A DNA stretch of 64,000 nt from NCBI GenBank assembly GCA_050251875.1, contig JBFWMA010000006.1, forward strand, positions 32,001 through 96,000. The letters run 5' to 3'. Made by a program: the position numbers and the translations under genes. This DNA is from Deferribacterales bacterium. Its GTDB lineage: Bacteria > Chrysiogenota > Deferribacteres > Deferribacterales > Geovibrionaceae. The notes under the pieces were generated by a model. That model saw nothing but the letters and a program-made list of their open reading frames with translations, had not been told where the DNA came from and made no database searches. Position 1 is the stretch's first letter. Each line of letters begins with the position of its first letter. Positions 10,596 through 19,746 of this stretch are shown here, one piece after another.

Positions 10596-10629
10596 AAAAA
10601 GCGGGAGTTTTTCTCCCGCTTATTTTTTT
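10594..10629. terminator. Bidirectional terminator
   Basis: A-tract, agcgggag/ctcccgct stem, T-tract, between convergent genes. Confidence 0.75.
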
Positions 10630-11572
10630 ATAAAGCGTTGTGGGGTCTTTTGCCTTCGAACACCGTCAAAACACTGTCGCAGCAGAGAGCACCCATCGCC
10701 TTTCTGGTGTCTGTGGTTCCGCTCCCTATGTGGGGCAGCAGTGTCACATTATCCAGCTTAAGAAGCCTCTCCTCAATCTTCGGCTCAAACTCATAAACAT
10801 CGAGCCCGGCGGCAAAAATCAGCTTCCGCTCCAGAGCATCAGCCAGATCAGCCTCTTTTATGATCTCTCCCCTGCCTATGTTCACCAGCACGGCGGTGCG
10901 CTTCATCTTTTTAAAAGTATCCAGAGTAAATTTATGCTTAGTCCCTTCATTCGCCGGAGCGGTGATTATCACAAAGTCGCTTTTGGTCACCAGTTCATCG
11001 AAATCAGCCATCACGGCTCCTGTCAGAAGCTCCTGCTGAAACTTTCTGGTTCTGGCGCAGTACATTATGTTCATATTGAACCCTGACGCCATCTTTGCTA
11101 CAGCCTGACCTATGCGCCCGAAGCCGAAAATACCGATGGTCTTGCCATAGAGATCGACACCCAGCATCATGTCCGATTTCCAGCCGTGGAATTTTCCGTC
11201 ACGGGTGAACTTGTCCGATTCCACCACACGTCTGGCGGACGCCATTATCAGAGAGAATCCCAGCTCTGCTGTGGCCTGTGTCAGAACATCCGGCGTGTTG
11301 CACACGGTTATCCCCCGTTCTTTGGCGTATGCCACGTCTATATTGTTATAGCCCACGGCATAGTTGGCTATCACTTTCAGCTTTCCGCACTGATTCATCA
11401 CATCCGCTGTTATCTTGTCTGACAGCATGGAAATAACAGCGTCACAGTCCTTCAGACGGCTGATGAGGTCATCCGGAGAAAGTGCCTTGTCTGTGTTGTT
11501 ATAGTCCACTTCATGCCCCTTCAGATGCCCCATAACATCATAAGGAAGTTTTGCGGTAATCAATATTTTCAT
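10628..11572 (-). CDS. D-isomer-specific 2-hydroxyacid dehydrogenase (glyoxylate/hydroxypyruvate reductase-like)
   Basis: AVGYNNID, NTPDVL, GIFGFGRIG, NIGRG, GLDVYEFEP, LPHIGS. Confidence 0.9.
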   Translation of the reverse strand: MKILITAKLPYDVMGHLKGHEVDYNNTDKALSPDDLISRLKDCDAVISMLSDKITADVMNQCGKLKVIANYAVGYNNIDVAYAKERGITVCNTPDVLTQATAELGFSLIMASARRVVESDKFTRDGKFHGWKSDMMLGVDLYGKTIGIFGFGRIGQAVAKMASGFNMNIMYCARTRKFQQELLTGAVMADFDELVTKSDFVIITAPANEGTKHKFTLDTFKKMKRTAVLVNIGRGEIIKEADLADALERKLIFAAGLDVYEFEPKIEERLLKLDNVTLLPHIGSGTTDTRKAMGALCCDSVLTVFEGKRPHNAL

Positions 11573-11729
11573 GTTTCACCTCACACCGCATATTACTACT
11601 TAAAAAATGATAATCAACTTGAAAAAAAGCCTGATAAAGTACATAATGTTGATTCTATATTCCGCCTCCCTTTTATAAAACATTTGCCTATGTCGCAAAT
11701 GTTTCTATTCCCAGCTTGCTGGAAAATGG

Positions 11730-11786
11730 AGGCTGGGAGGGATTTTCTCAAGAAATCTCCCCTACCCCCTCTTTGAAAAAGAGGGG
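11730..11786. repeat. C/G-run palindromic repeat unit (cccctctttgaaaaagagggg family)
   Basis: aaatctcccctaccccctctttgaaaaagagggg, related to 13573-13643. Confidence 0.55.
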
Positions 11787-11809
11787 AACAAATACACAGA
11801 GGTACGAAA

Positions 11810-12103
11810 GTGTCAGAAACTGTCTCAAAACAGGATGTATTACACATCGCCACCCTCGCCAGACTCAAGTTTGACGATGAAACGGCGGAAAGATTCAAAA
11901 ACGACCTGAACAATATCCTCGGATATATCGATAAGCTCAATGAGCTGAACACCGACAATATAGAGCCCACATCCCACGCTCTGGACGTATACACCGTCAC
12001 CAGAGAGGACAAGGCGGCAGAATCACTGTCCAATGAGGACGCTCTGAGAAACTCCGCAAGCACAGAGAACGGATGCTTCCGTGTGCCCAAAGTGATAGAG
12101 TAA
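11810..12103 (+). CDS. gatC: Asp/Glu-tRNA amidotransferase subunit C
   Basis: VLHIATLARL...ILGYIDKLNEL...RED...FRVPKVI; precedes gatA. Confidence 0.93.
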   Translation: MSETVSKQDVLHIATLARLKFDDETAERFKNDLNNILGYIDKLNELNTDNIEPTSHALDVYTVTREDKAAESLSNEDALRNSASTENGCFRVPKVIE

Positions 12104-12113
12104 GGGGGCACGC

Positions 12114-13571
12114 ATGAACATACTGGGAAAAAACCTCAAAGAACTCTCCGAATCTCTGAACAAAAAAGAGATATCTTCAGCGGAACTGACACAGTTCTAT
12201 CTGGACAGAATAGCGAAATATGACGGCGAAATATGCGCCTATAACTATGTGAACCCCAACGTTCTGGAGCAGGCAAAAGCCGTGGACGCAAAAAGGGCGA
12301 AGGGCGAAGCACTGCCCACATACGCCGGAATCCCCATGGCTCTGAAAGACCTGATAATTCAGAAGGATATGCCCGCCACATGCTCTTCCAAGATTCTGGA
12401 GGGATTCATTCCCCCGTTTCAGGGCACAGCGGCAGGTCTTCTGGAGGAAGCGGGTTTCCTGTGTCTGGGCAAACTCAGCATGGACGAGTTCGCCATGGGC
12501 TCATCCAACGAAACAGCCTATTATAAAAAAACCAGAAACCCGTGGGACACAGCAAAAGTCCCCGGCGGATCATCAGGCGGCTCAGCGGCTTCTGTGGCGG
12601 CCGGACTCACCACATTCGCTCTGGGGAGCGACACAGGCGGATCTATCAGACAGCCTGCGTCTCTGTGCGGTATAGTCGGCATGAAGCCCACATACGGCAG
12701 GGTATCACGTTTCGGGCTCATCGCCTTCGCCTCTTCGCTGGATCAGATCGGTCCTATGACATCGACTATGTACGATAACGCCGCAATCCTGAGCGTCATC
12801 GGAAAATATGATAAAAAAGACTCCACATGCTTCAACACACCGGAAGTTGACTATACTAAATACCTCACAGGCGATGTGAAGGGAATGAAGATAGGCGTTC
12901 CGAAAGAATATTTCGCCGAGGGCATCACACAGGAAGTGAGAGATGCCGTGAACGGCGCTATCAAAGCCTATGAAGCCATGGGTTGCGAGATAGTGGAAAT
13001 AAGCATGCCCCACACAGAGTATGCGGTAGCCACATATTACATCCTCGCCACTGCGGAGGCGTCCAGCAACCTGGGACGCTATGACGGCATCCGTTTCGGA
13101 TACAGAGCTGAGGCGGACAACCTGAAGGATATGTACTACAACACCCGTTCAGAAGGTTTCGGAGATGAGGTGAAACGCCGCATCATGCTCGGAACATACG
13201 TTCTGAGCGCCGGATATTATGACGCTTATTACATCAAAGCACAGAAGGTGAGAACACTCATCAAGCAGGACTTTGTTCAGGCTTTTGAGAAGGTGGACGC
13301 CATAATATGCCCCACTTCTCCCACCACGGCCTTCAAGTCAGGCGAGAAGATGAACGATCCGCTCCAGATGTATCTGAGCGACATCAACACCATCTCGCTG
13401 AACCTCTACGGCGGATGCGGACTGTCCATGCCTTGCGGATTCGACAAGGACGGCATGCCCATCGGCGTACAGCTTCTGGGAAAATATTTTGACGAAGGCA
13501 GGCTTTATAACCTCGCCTATGCTTACGAACAGCAGGCAAAACTGCCCGTTATGCCCGAAAAACTGAAATAA
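12114..13571 (+). CDS. gatA: Asp/Glu-tRNA amidotransferase subunit A
   Basis: Amidase signature GGSSGGS, GSDTGGSIRQPA, SSNLGRYDG, EVKRRIMLG. Confidence 0.97.
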   Translation: MNILGKNLKELSESLNKKEISSAELTQFYLDRIAKYDGEICAYNYVNPNVLEQAKAVDAKRAKGEALPTYAGIPMALKDLIIQKDMPATCSSKILEGFIPPFQGTAAGLLEEAGFLCLGKLSMDEFAMGSSNETAYYKKTRNPWDTAKVPGGSSGGSAASVAAGLTTFALGSDTGGSIRQPASLCGIVGMKPTYGRVSRFGLIAFASSLDQIGPMTSTMYDNAAILSVIGKYDKKDSTCFNTPEVDYTKYLTGDVKGMKIGVPKEYFAEGITQEVRDAVNGAIKAYEAMGCEIVEISMPHTEYAVATYYILATAEASSNLGRYDGIRFGYRAEADNLKDMYYNTRSEGFGDEVKRRIMLGTYVLSAGYYDAYYIKAQKVRTLIKQDFVQAFEKVDAIICPTSPTTAFKSGEKMNDPLQMYLSDINTISLNLYGGCGLSMPCGFDKDGMPIGVQLLGKYFDEGRLYNLAYAYEQQAKLPVMPEKLK

Positions 13572-13572
13572 A

Positions 13573-13643
13573 AAATCCACCCCAGCCCTCCTTTGAAAAA
13601 GGAGGGGGCTCCCCCTTTTCCAAAGGGGGAAAAAGGGGGATTT
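13573..13643. repeat. C/G-run palindromic repeat pair between gatA and gatB
   Basis: ccctcctttgaaaaaggaggg plus cccccttttccaaaggggg, bounded by aaatcc...ggattt. Confidence 0.6.
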
Positions 13644-13660
13644 CTTAAAAAAGGATATAG

Positions 13661-15088
13661 ATGATGAGCTACGAACCAGTTATCGGACTTGAAGTCCACG
13701 TTCAGATGTCAACGGACAGCAAGATTTTTTGCACATGTTCAAATAAATTCGGCTCAGACCCGAACACTAACGTATGCCCCGTGTGCCTCGGCATGCCCGG
13801 CGTTCTGCCAGTTCTCAATGAGAAGGTGGTGGATTTCACGGTAAAAGCCGGTCTGGCGCTGAACTGTCAGATACGCAACAAGAGTGTATTTGCCAGAAAG
13901 AACTATTTTTACCCCGACCTGCCCAAGGCATATCAGATTTCTCAGTATGAACTGCCCATCTGCGAGCACGGTCACATAGACATTGAGCTGGAAGACGGCA
14001 CAACAAAGCGAATCGGCATCACCCGCATCCACATAGAAGAGGACGCAGGAAAGCTGAACCACGAGGCTGACGCCAGCCTTGTTGACCTGAACCGTACCGG
14101 AACACCTCTGATGGAGATTGTTTCCGAGCCCGACCTCAGAAGCGCGGAGGAAGCGAAAGCCTATCTGCAAAAGCTGAAAACAATTCTGGAATATGTTGAA
14201 GTGTCCGACTGCAACATGGAGGAAGGCTCCATGAGATGTGACGCTAACGTATCCATCCGCCCCGACTCCAACGCACCTTTTGGCACTCGTGCAGAGATCA
14301 AAAACGTAAACTCTTTCAGAAACGTGGAAAGAGCTATCAAATATGAGCAGAAGAGACAGGAAAAGGTACTGAAAGAAGGCGGAAAGATAGTTCAGGAGAC
14401 ACGCCTCTTCAACGCAGACACAGGCGTCACAGCCAGTATGCGCGGAAAAGAGGATGCCCACGACTACAGATATTTTCCGGATCCCGACCTTGTGCCTGTG
14501 GTTCTGGAGAACAAATTTATCGATGATATCAGAGCATGGATGCCTGAACTGCCGGATGTGAAAAAAGAGCGTTTTATGAAAGAATACGCCCTCTCCGCTA
14601 TAGACGCTGAGTTTCTGGTATCTGTGAAGGCATACGCCGAATATTTTGAGCAGGCGGTGAAAGCCCATAACAACCCCAAAGGCATATGCAACTGGATAAT
14701 GGGCGAGCTGATGCGCAGGCTGAATGACAAACAGTGCGCCATAAACGAGGCTGGCGTTACACCTGAAAACCTCGCTGAAGTGGTTAAGCTGATAGACGAA
14801 GGCAAGATAAGCGGAAACATAGCCAAACAGGTCTTTGACGAATGCGCTGAAACAGGCAAGAAACCCGCTGATATCGTTTCGGCAAAAGGTCTGGTACAGA
14901 ACAGCAACGAAGATGAGCTGGAAGCCATCGTGAAACAGGTTCTGGAAGCTAACCCCGCAGAAGCCGAAAGATATAAAAACGGCGACCAGAAACTTCAGGG
15001 ATTCTTTATGGGGCAGATTATGAAAGCCTCTAAAGGCAAGGCAAACCCCGGAGTTGTTGCGCCTCTGCTGAAGAAACTGACAAGCTGA
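13661..15088 (+). CDS. gatB: Asp/Glu-tRNA amidotransferase subunit B
   Basis: IGLEVHVQ, FARKNYFYPDLPK, HIEEDAGK, RCDANVS, YRYFPDPDL, YqeY-like tail. Confidence 0.97.
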   Translation: MMSYEPVIGLEVHVQMSTDSKIFCTCSNKFGSDPNTNVCPVCLGMPGVLPVLNEKVVDFTVKAGLALNCQIRNKSVFARKNYFYPDLPKAYQISQYELPICEHGHIDIELEDGTTKRIGITRIHIEEDAGKLNHEADASLVDLNRTGTPLMEIVSEPDLRSAEEAKAYLQKLKTILEYVEVSDCNMEEGSMRCDANVSIRPDSNAPFGTRAEIKNVNSFRNVERAIKYEQKRQEKVLKEGGKIVQETRLFNADTGVTASMRGKEDAHDYRYFPDPDLVPVVLENKFIDDIRAWMPELPDVKKERFMKEYALSAIDAEFLVSVKAYAEYFEQAVKAHNNPKGICNWIMGELMRRLNDKQCAINEAGVTPENLAEVVKLIDEGKISGNIAKQVFDECAETGKKPADIVSAKGLVQNSNEDELEAIVKQVLEANPAEAERYKNGDQKLQGFFMGQIMKASKGKANPGVVAPLLKKLTS

Positions 15089-15090
15089 GA

Positions 15091-15141
15091 AGATTGCTTT
15101 TCTTTTCGTCATTGCGAGGAATGAAATGACGAAGCAATCTC
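15091..15141. repeat. CGTC-tagged REP-like palindrome
   Basis: cgtcattgcgaggaatgaaatgacgaagcaatctc; related copies at 15632 and 58288-58433. Confidence 0.7.
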
Positions 15142-15163
15142 AAACATATATTGAGGTTATGAC

Positions 15164-15583
15164 ATGCTGGAAAAAATAGACCACATCGGCATCGCCGTAA
15201 ACAATCTGGAAGAGGCTGTGAAATTCTATACAACTATGGGCATCAAGCCTAACCACTTCGAAGAAGTGGAAAGCCAAAAGGTAAAAGTTGCCTTCATCAA
15301 GGTAGGCGAGAGCAACATTGAGCTTCTGGAGCCCACCAGCCCCGAAAGCCCCATCGCCAAATATATCGAGAAAAAAGGCGAAGGCATACACCACATAGCC
15401 TATGCGGTTGCCAATATTGACAAGGCGCTGAAAAAGCTGAAAGAGGACGGCGCAAAGCTCATTAACGAAGAGCCTATGGACGGAGCCCACGGAAAGAAAG
15501 TGGCGTTCGTTCACCCGAAATCAGTGAACGGAGTGCTGACAGAGCTCTGCATGGACGCATGTTCCTGCGATTGCGAACACTAA
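15164..15583 (+). CDS. mce: Methylmalonyl-CoA epimerase (VOC family)
   Basis: [28 protein letters not shown]...GVLTEL. Confidence 0.9.
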   Translation: MLEKIDHIGIAVNNLEEAVKFYTTMGIKPNHFEEVESQKVKVAFIKVGESNIELLEPTSPESPIAKYIEKKGEGIHHIAYAVANIDKALKKLKEDGAKLINEEPMDGAHGKKVAFVHPKSVNGVLTELCMDACSCDCEH

Positions 15584-15591
15584 TAAACTAG

Positions 15592-15618
15592 AAAGGCGGT
15601 CAAATGACCGCCTTTTTT
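15592..15618 (+). terminator. Rho-independent terminator
   Basis: aaaggcggtc-aaat-gaccgccttt followed by a T tract. Confidence 0.8.
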
Positions 15619-15631
15619 ATTGATATATTTA

Positions 15632-15705
15632 CGTCATTGCGAGCCTGCTGTAGCAGGCGTGGCAATCTCATGAGATTGCGTCGTCACTACGTTCCTCGCA
15701 ATGAC
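15632..15705. repeat. Inverted pair of CGTC-tagged REP-like units
   Basis: cgtcattgcgag...gcaatctca / tgagattgc...ctcgcaatgac form a long hairpin. Confidence 0.75.
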
Positions 15706-15715
15706 AAAACAGTTT

Positions 15716-16231
15716 TTATCTATCCTCAACAGGTTTTTCAGGTCCTTTCAGTTCATACTGCATAAAGGTCAGATCGAGCCATCTGCCGAACTTAAACCCT
15801 GCCTTTTTCACTGTGCCGCAGTCTTTGAACCCCAGCTTTTTATGCAGTAAAATGCTGGCTTCGTTGTCCGCGTCTATTCCAGCCACCATAGTGGCGAGCC
15901 CCTGCCCGTCCGCAATCTCTATAAGCCTTTTAACAAGCTGGGACGCTATGCCCCTGCCTCTGAAATCCTTATAAACGTAAACGGAATGTTCCACGGTGTA
16001 TTTGTATGCCGGAAAAGCTCTGAATGTGCCGTATGCGGCGAATCCCGCCACAGTTCCGTCCACATCGAAGACCAGAACGGGAAAACCGTCTTCCCTCTTC
16101 TTTTCGAACCATGCGGTTCTGTCCTCAAGAGTTGCCGGTTTATATGCGTAAATAGCGGTGGTATTCAGCACGGCATCGTTAAAAATCTCCAGAATAGCGG
16201 GAATATCTTTTAACTCAGCCTCTCTTATCAT
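15716..16231 (-). CDS. GNAT N-acetyltransferase (phosphinothricin/methionine sulfoximine acetyltransferase-like)
   Basis: AYKYTVEHSVYV, RGRGIA, NEASILLHKKLGF, GFKFGRWLD. Confidence 0.88.
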   Translation of the reverse strand: MIREAELKDIPAILEIFNDAVLNTTAIYAYKPATLEDRTAWFEKKREDGFPVLVFDVDGTVAGFAAYGTFRAFPAYKYTVEHSVYVYKDFRGRGIASQLVKRLIEIADGQGLATMVAGIDADNEASILLHKKLGFKDCGTVKKAGFKFGRWLDLTFMQYELKGPEKPVEDR

Positions 16232-17013
16232 ATAAAGAAGTCCAGAGAGGGGACTTTTTTGATACGCCCTATCCTGGCGGCATAGCTGAAATATTTCAGC
16301 AGTCCCTGAATATGAGCCTCTGTGAGGTCATAATTGATGATCTCCCAGTAATCTATGATCTGTTTGGTGGTAAGCCCTTTCATCTGATAGTGATCGATCA
16401 GAGCGGCAAGGTTGGTCTTGCTGTCCTTCTTAATCATATCCAGTGTTTTGGTAAACTCCAGAACCTCTTCTCTATCCTTGTCCGCCTTCTCCTTGCGGAT
16501 TATCCACAGAGCAAAGACAAAGGGAAGCCCGGTGAACTCGTTCCAGAGAGTGCCGAGGTCATAAATATATTTTGATTTATCATTGTAATAGCCGAAAAGC
16601 GCAGTATCACCGATGTATACCTTCGCTTTGGCGTTGGGGTTTTCCTTGGTAAAGCTAGGAGTGATGCCGTATCTCTCACGCATGAGAATCTCAAAAAGAA
16701 CTATGGACGTGCCGGATTCCGATGTCAGAAATACTTCCTCTCCGCCCAGTTCCTCTATGGGAACATCGGAGAACAGAAGAACGCTCTGCACCTCGTGTAT
16801 CGAGCTTATGGATATATTTGGGATGATGTAGTAGTTCTCGGGGTTTCTGGCATATTCTATACAGCTGCACGGCGACAGGTCTATGACGCCCTCACGGATG
16901 GCGGTGTTCAGGTACGAAGGCACGCCCTTCACCAGATTGAACCCGCTCAGTTTTTGCAGATGGTGGAATATGGGATATACGTTGGCGTAATCTATCTGAC
17001 CTACATTAAGCAT
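16228..17013 (-). CDS. mqnA: Chorismate dehydratase (futalosine menaquinone pathway)
   Basis: VGQIDYANVYP, GVPSYLN, VQSVLL, SGTS, IGDTAL, DLGTLWNEFTGLPFVFALW; start reassigned to the internal ATG. Confidence 0.85.
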   Translation of the reverse strand: MLNVGQIDYANVYPIFHHLQKLSGFNLVKGVPSYLNTAIREGVIDLSPCSCIEYARNPENYYIIPNISISSIHEVQSVLLFSDVPIEELGGEEVFLTSESGTSIVLFEILMRERYGITPSFTKENPNAKAKVYIGDTALFGYYNDKSKYIYDLGTLWNEFTGLPFVFALWIIRKEKADKDREEVLEFTKTLDMIKKDSKTNLAALIDHYQMKGLTTKQIIDYWEIINYDLTEAHIQGLLKYFSYAARIGRIKKVPSLDFFI

Positions 17014-17527
17014 AAATCTCTCCGGTGTCCGCCCCGCCCCACTCTGCGTCCAGCCCGTCAAAATCACGCCTGCGCAGGATATCGAATCCCACCAGAGCGG
17101 CGGCATTGGACAGGTTCAGGCTTCTCACCTTTCCCGTGGTGGGGATGCGGTAAAGAAAATCCCTGTATTTTCCAGAAACCCACTCGGGAAGCCCGCTGGT
17201 CTCCCTGCCGAATATCAGCATCAGATCTCTGTTTTCGTGCGGAATGGCGGTGTAGTTGTTTTTTCCGAATTTGGATAAAAAGGCGTATGGAAATTTTTCC
17301 ATCGGATATTTTATGAAAAATTCGTCTATGGTATCAATGACCTCTAGGTCAACATTCTTCCAATAATCTAACCCGGCTCTCTTAACTGCCTTATCGTCAA
17401 TGGAGAAACCAAGCTGACCCACCAGAATCAGCCGGCTGTCGGTAGCCACGCTGAAACGACCTATGTTGCCTGTGTTCTGCGGTATCTCCGGCTCGAAAAG
17501 GACAATATTCAGACCTGTCCGGCTCAT
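17006..17527 (-). CDS. trmL: tRNA (cytidine/uridine(34)-2'-O)-methyltransferase
   Basis: EPEIPQNTGNI, RAGLDYW, FGRETSGLP, RSLNLSN. Confidence 0.92.
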   Translation of the reverse strand: MSRTGLNIVLFEPEIPQNTGNIGRFSVATDSRLILVGQLGFSIDDKAVKRAGLDYWKNVDLEVIDTIDEFFIKYPMEKFPYAFLSKFGKNNYTAIPHENRDLMLIFGRETSGLPEWVSGKYRDFLYRIPTTGKVRSLNLSNAAALVGFDILRRRDFDGLDAEWGGADTGEIYA

Positions 17528-17528
17528 G

Positions 17529-17870
17529 TCAGTCTGCGGGGATCTCTACTTTGTCGCATCCGCCCCAGATGGACTCAAGGTTGTAGTACATTCTTTCGTC
17601 TTTGCACATCAGATGCACCATCACCTCGCCGAAATCAAGGCATATCCAGCGTGAGCGTCCCTGACCTTCCACGGCGAACGGGCGTGTGCCTTTCTCTTTC
17701 ATCTTGTCCAGAATGTATTCAGCGATAGCGTTAACGTGGGGCTCGGATGTGGCTGTGCCTATGACTATATAATCGGTCACGCTGCTTTTGGGTCCCACAT
17801 GAAAGCAGACCATGTCCTCGGTTTTTCTCTCTATCATCTCTTTCATTATATTTTCAAGAAGTTCAATCAT
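17529..17870 (-). CDS. rsfS: Ribosome silencing factor
   Basis: DYIVIGT...H, EG...WICLDFG..VHL, R..YNLE..W; follows nadD. Confidence 0.9.
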   Translation of the reverse strand: MIELLENIMKEMIERKTEDMVCFHVGPKSSVTDYIVIGTATSEPHVNAIAEYILDKMKEKGTRPFAVEGQGRSRWICLDFGEVMVHLMCKDERMYYNLESIWGGCDKVEIPAD

Positions 17871-18505
17871 TTATCTCCCCTATAGAGTCGGTTTTGCTCG
17901 ATGTATTCATAAACACCGTCCGGCAGATTCGCCTTACGGTAGCTCTCTTCAACTATATCTCTGATCTCTGTGCTGGATATGTCCACTTCGCTCATCTTGT
18001 GCAGGATTATCTTCCCGCTCTTTTCGTCTTTAAACTCTTCCACGGGTACCACTTTTTCAAGAAGCGCCTGCGGAATAGTCTTCAGCAGATCGTCAAAGCT
18101 CATCATCGACCTGCTCACCACAACGAAGTTGGCATAGTCGAACAGCTTCATATAATCATACCATTTGCCTATGGTGGCGAAAATATCTGTGCCGCAGGCA
18201 AAGAAAAGCTCTTCATCCGGAAACATCTCTCTGAAATGTCTCAGGGTTTTCAGAGTATAAGATGTGCCTTCGGCGTTTATCTCAAAGTCGGAAACGACAA
18301 ATTTGCCGCCCATTCTGTCGGCGACCAGCTCGGTCATCTTCAGACGCAGTTCAGGACCGATGATGCCCTCTTTCTTGTGCGGCGGAACCTTAGACGGGAT
18401 CAGATACACGGTATCGAGAGCCAGTCCCTCGGCAACACTCTCTGCCAGCGCCACATGACCTATGTGTATGGGGTTGAACGTACCCCCGAAAAGTCCTATG
18501 CGCAC
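17867..18505 (-). CDS. nadD: Nicotinate-nucleotide adenylyltransferase
   Basis: GGTFNPIHIGH, PPHK, SYT, ISSTEIR. Confidence 0.93.
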   Translation of the reverse strand: MRIGLFGGTFNPIHIGHVALAESVAEGLALDTVYLIPSKVPPHKKEGIIGPELRLKMTELVADRMGGKFVVSDFEINAEGTSYTLKTLRHFREMFPDEELFFACGTDIFATIGKWYDYMKLFDYANFVVVSRSMMSFDDLLKTIPQALLEKVVPVEEFKDEKSGKIILHKMSEVDISSTEIRDIVEESYRKANLPDGVYEYIEQNRLYRGDK

Positions 18506-18506
18506 C

Positions 18507-19742
18507 TTATTTTATCTGCCCGTGACCATAGATTCTGTACTTGGTGGTTGTCAGGTCGTCTGCGCCCATGGGTCCTCTGCAATGCAGTTTTTGGGTGCTG
18601 ATGCCTATCTCGGCGCCGAGTCCGAATTCCCCTCCGTCTGTCCAGCGTGTGGAGGCGTTGACATACACAGCCGCGGCGTCAACCCTGTCCAGAAACATTT
18701 CGCTGTTGGTATAGCTTTCGGTCACGATGCTCTCTGAGTGCTGAGAGCCGTATTTATTTATGTGCGCCACTGCCTCGTCCAGATCCTTCACTATTTTTAT
18801 AGAGAGGATATAGTCCAGATATTCTGTCGCCCAGTCTTCGTCTGTGGCGGGCACGCATTTTATTATCTTCTGAGTCTTTTCACAGCCTCTCAGCTCCACG
18901 TTGTATTCAGCATAGGCTGTTTCCAGCTTTTTCAGGACTGTTCCGGCTATTTTTTCATTCACCAGCAGAGTTTCCATGGCGTTGCACACGCCCACTCTCT
19001 GGCATTTAGCGTTAACGGCTATGGCTACCGCCATATCCATGTCGGCGAACTCGTCTATATATACATGACAGATACCCGCGTCATGCTTAACCAGCGGGAT
19101 AAGAGAATGTTCTGTGCAGAACTTTATCAGCGAATCCCCGCCTCTGGGTATCATAATGTCGATATATTCCTTCGCCTTGAGCATCTCCATAACCAGCGCC
19201 CTGTCGGTGTCTTCTATGATATTCACGGAAGCCTCCGGCAGACCGGAACCCTTGAGAGCCTCTTTTATAACCCTGCCCAGGCAGATGTTGGAATGGATAG
19301 CCTCTTTGCCGCCTTTCAGTATGGACACGTTGCCAGATTTCAGGCACAGAGCGGCGGCGTCTATGGTTACGTTGGGGCGAGCCTCGAATATGATGCCCAC
19401 AACTCCCAGCGGAACTTTTACTTTGGTGATATAGAGCCCGTTGGGGCGTTTGTATCCGTCCACGATTTTGCCCACGGGGTCTGTCTGGGCTATGATTTCG
19501 TGTACGGCGGTTATCATGCCGTCTATACGTTTGTCATCCAGCATGATGCGGTCTATGATTCCCTGAGAAATACCTCTCTCTTTGGCATATGCCACGTCTT
19601 TGGCATTCTCGGTCTTTATAAGCTGACGGTTTTTATCCAGCAGTTCGGCTATTTTCGCCAGAGCCTTGTCCTTAACAGATGAATTAATGTTCATAAGTTC
19701 ATATGACGCTTCTCTGGCTGCTTTGAACATATTCTCAAGCAT
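18507..19742 (-). CDS. proA: Gamma-glutamyl phosphate reductase
   Basis: PLGVVGIIFEARPNVT, CNAMETLLV, NASTR, GAEIGISTQKLH.RGP. Confidence 0.95.
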   Translation of the reverse strand: MLENMFKAAREASYELMNINSSVKDKALAKIAELLDKNRQLIKTENAKDVAYAKERGISQGIIDRIMLDDKRIDGMITAVHEIIAQTDPVGKIVDGYKRPNGLYITKVKVPLGVVGIIFEARPNVTIDAAALCLKSGNVSILKGGKEAIHSNICLGRVIKEALKGSGLPEASVNIIEDTDRALVMEMLKAKEYIDIMIPRGGDSLIKFCTEHSLIPLVKHDAGICHVYIDEFADMDMAVAIAVNAKCQRVGVCNAMETLLVNEKIAGTVLKKLETAYAEYNVELRGCEKTQKIIKCVPATDEDWATEYLDYILSIKIVKDLDEAVAHINKYGSQHSESIVTESYTNSEMFLDRVDAAAVYVNASTRWTDGGEFGLGAEIGISTQKLHCRGPMGADDLTTTKYRIYGHGQIK

Positions 19743-19746
19743 ATCT

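Noticed and set aside
13754..15112. 452-aa antisense ORF opposite gatB (and similar long shadow ORFs opposite proA, recN, rnf and dgt)
   Set aside because: Fully overlap well-supported genes and have no recognisable motifs; a codon-bias artefact.
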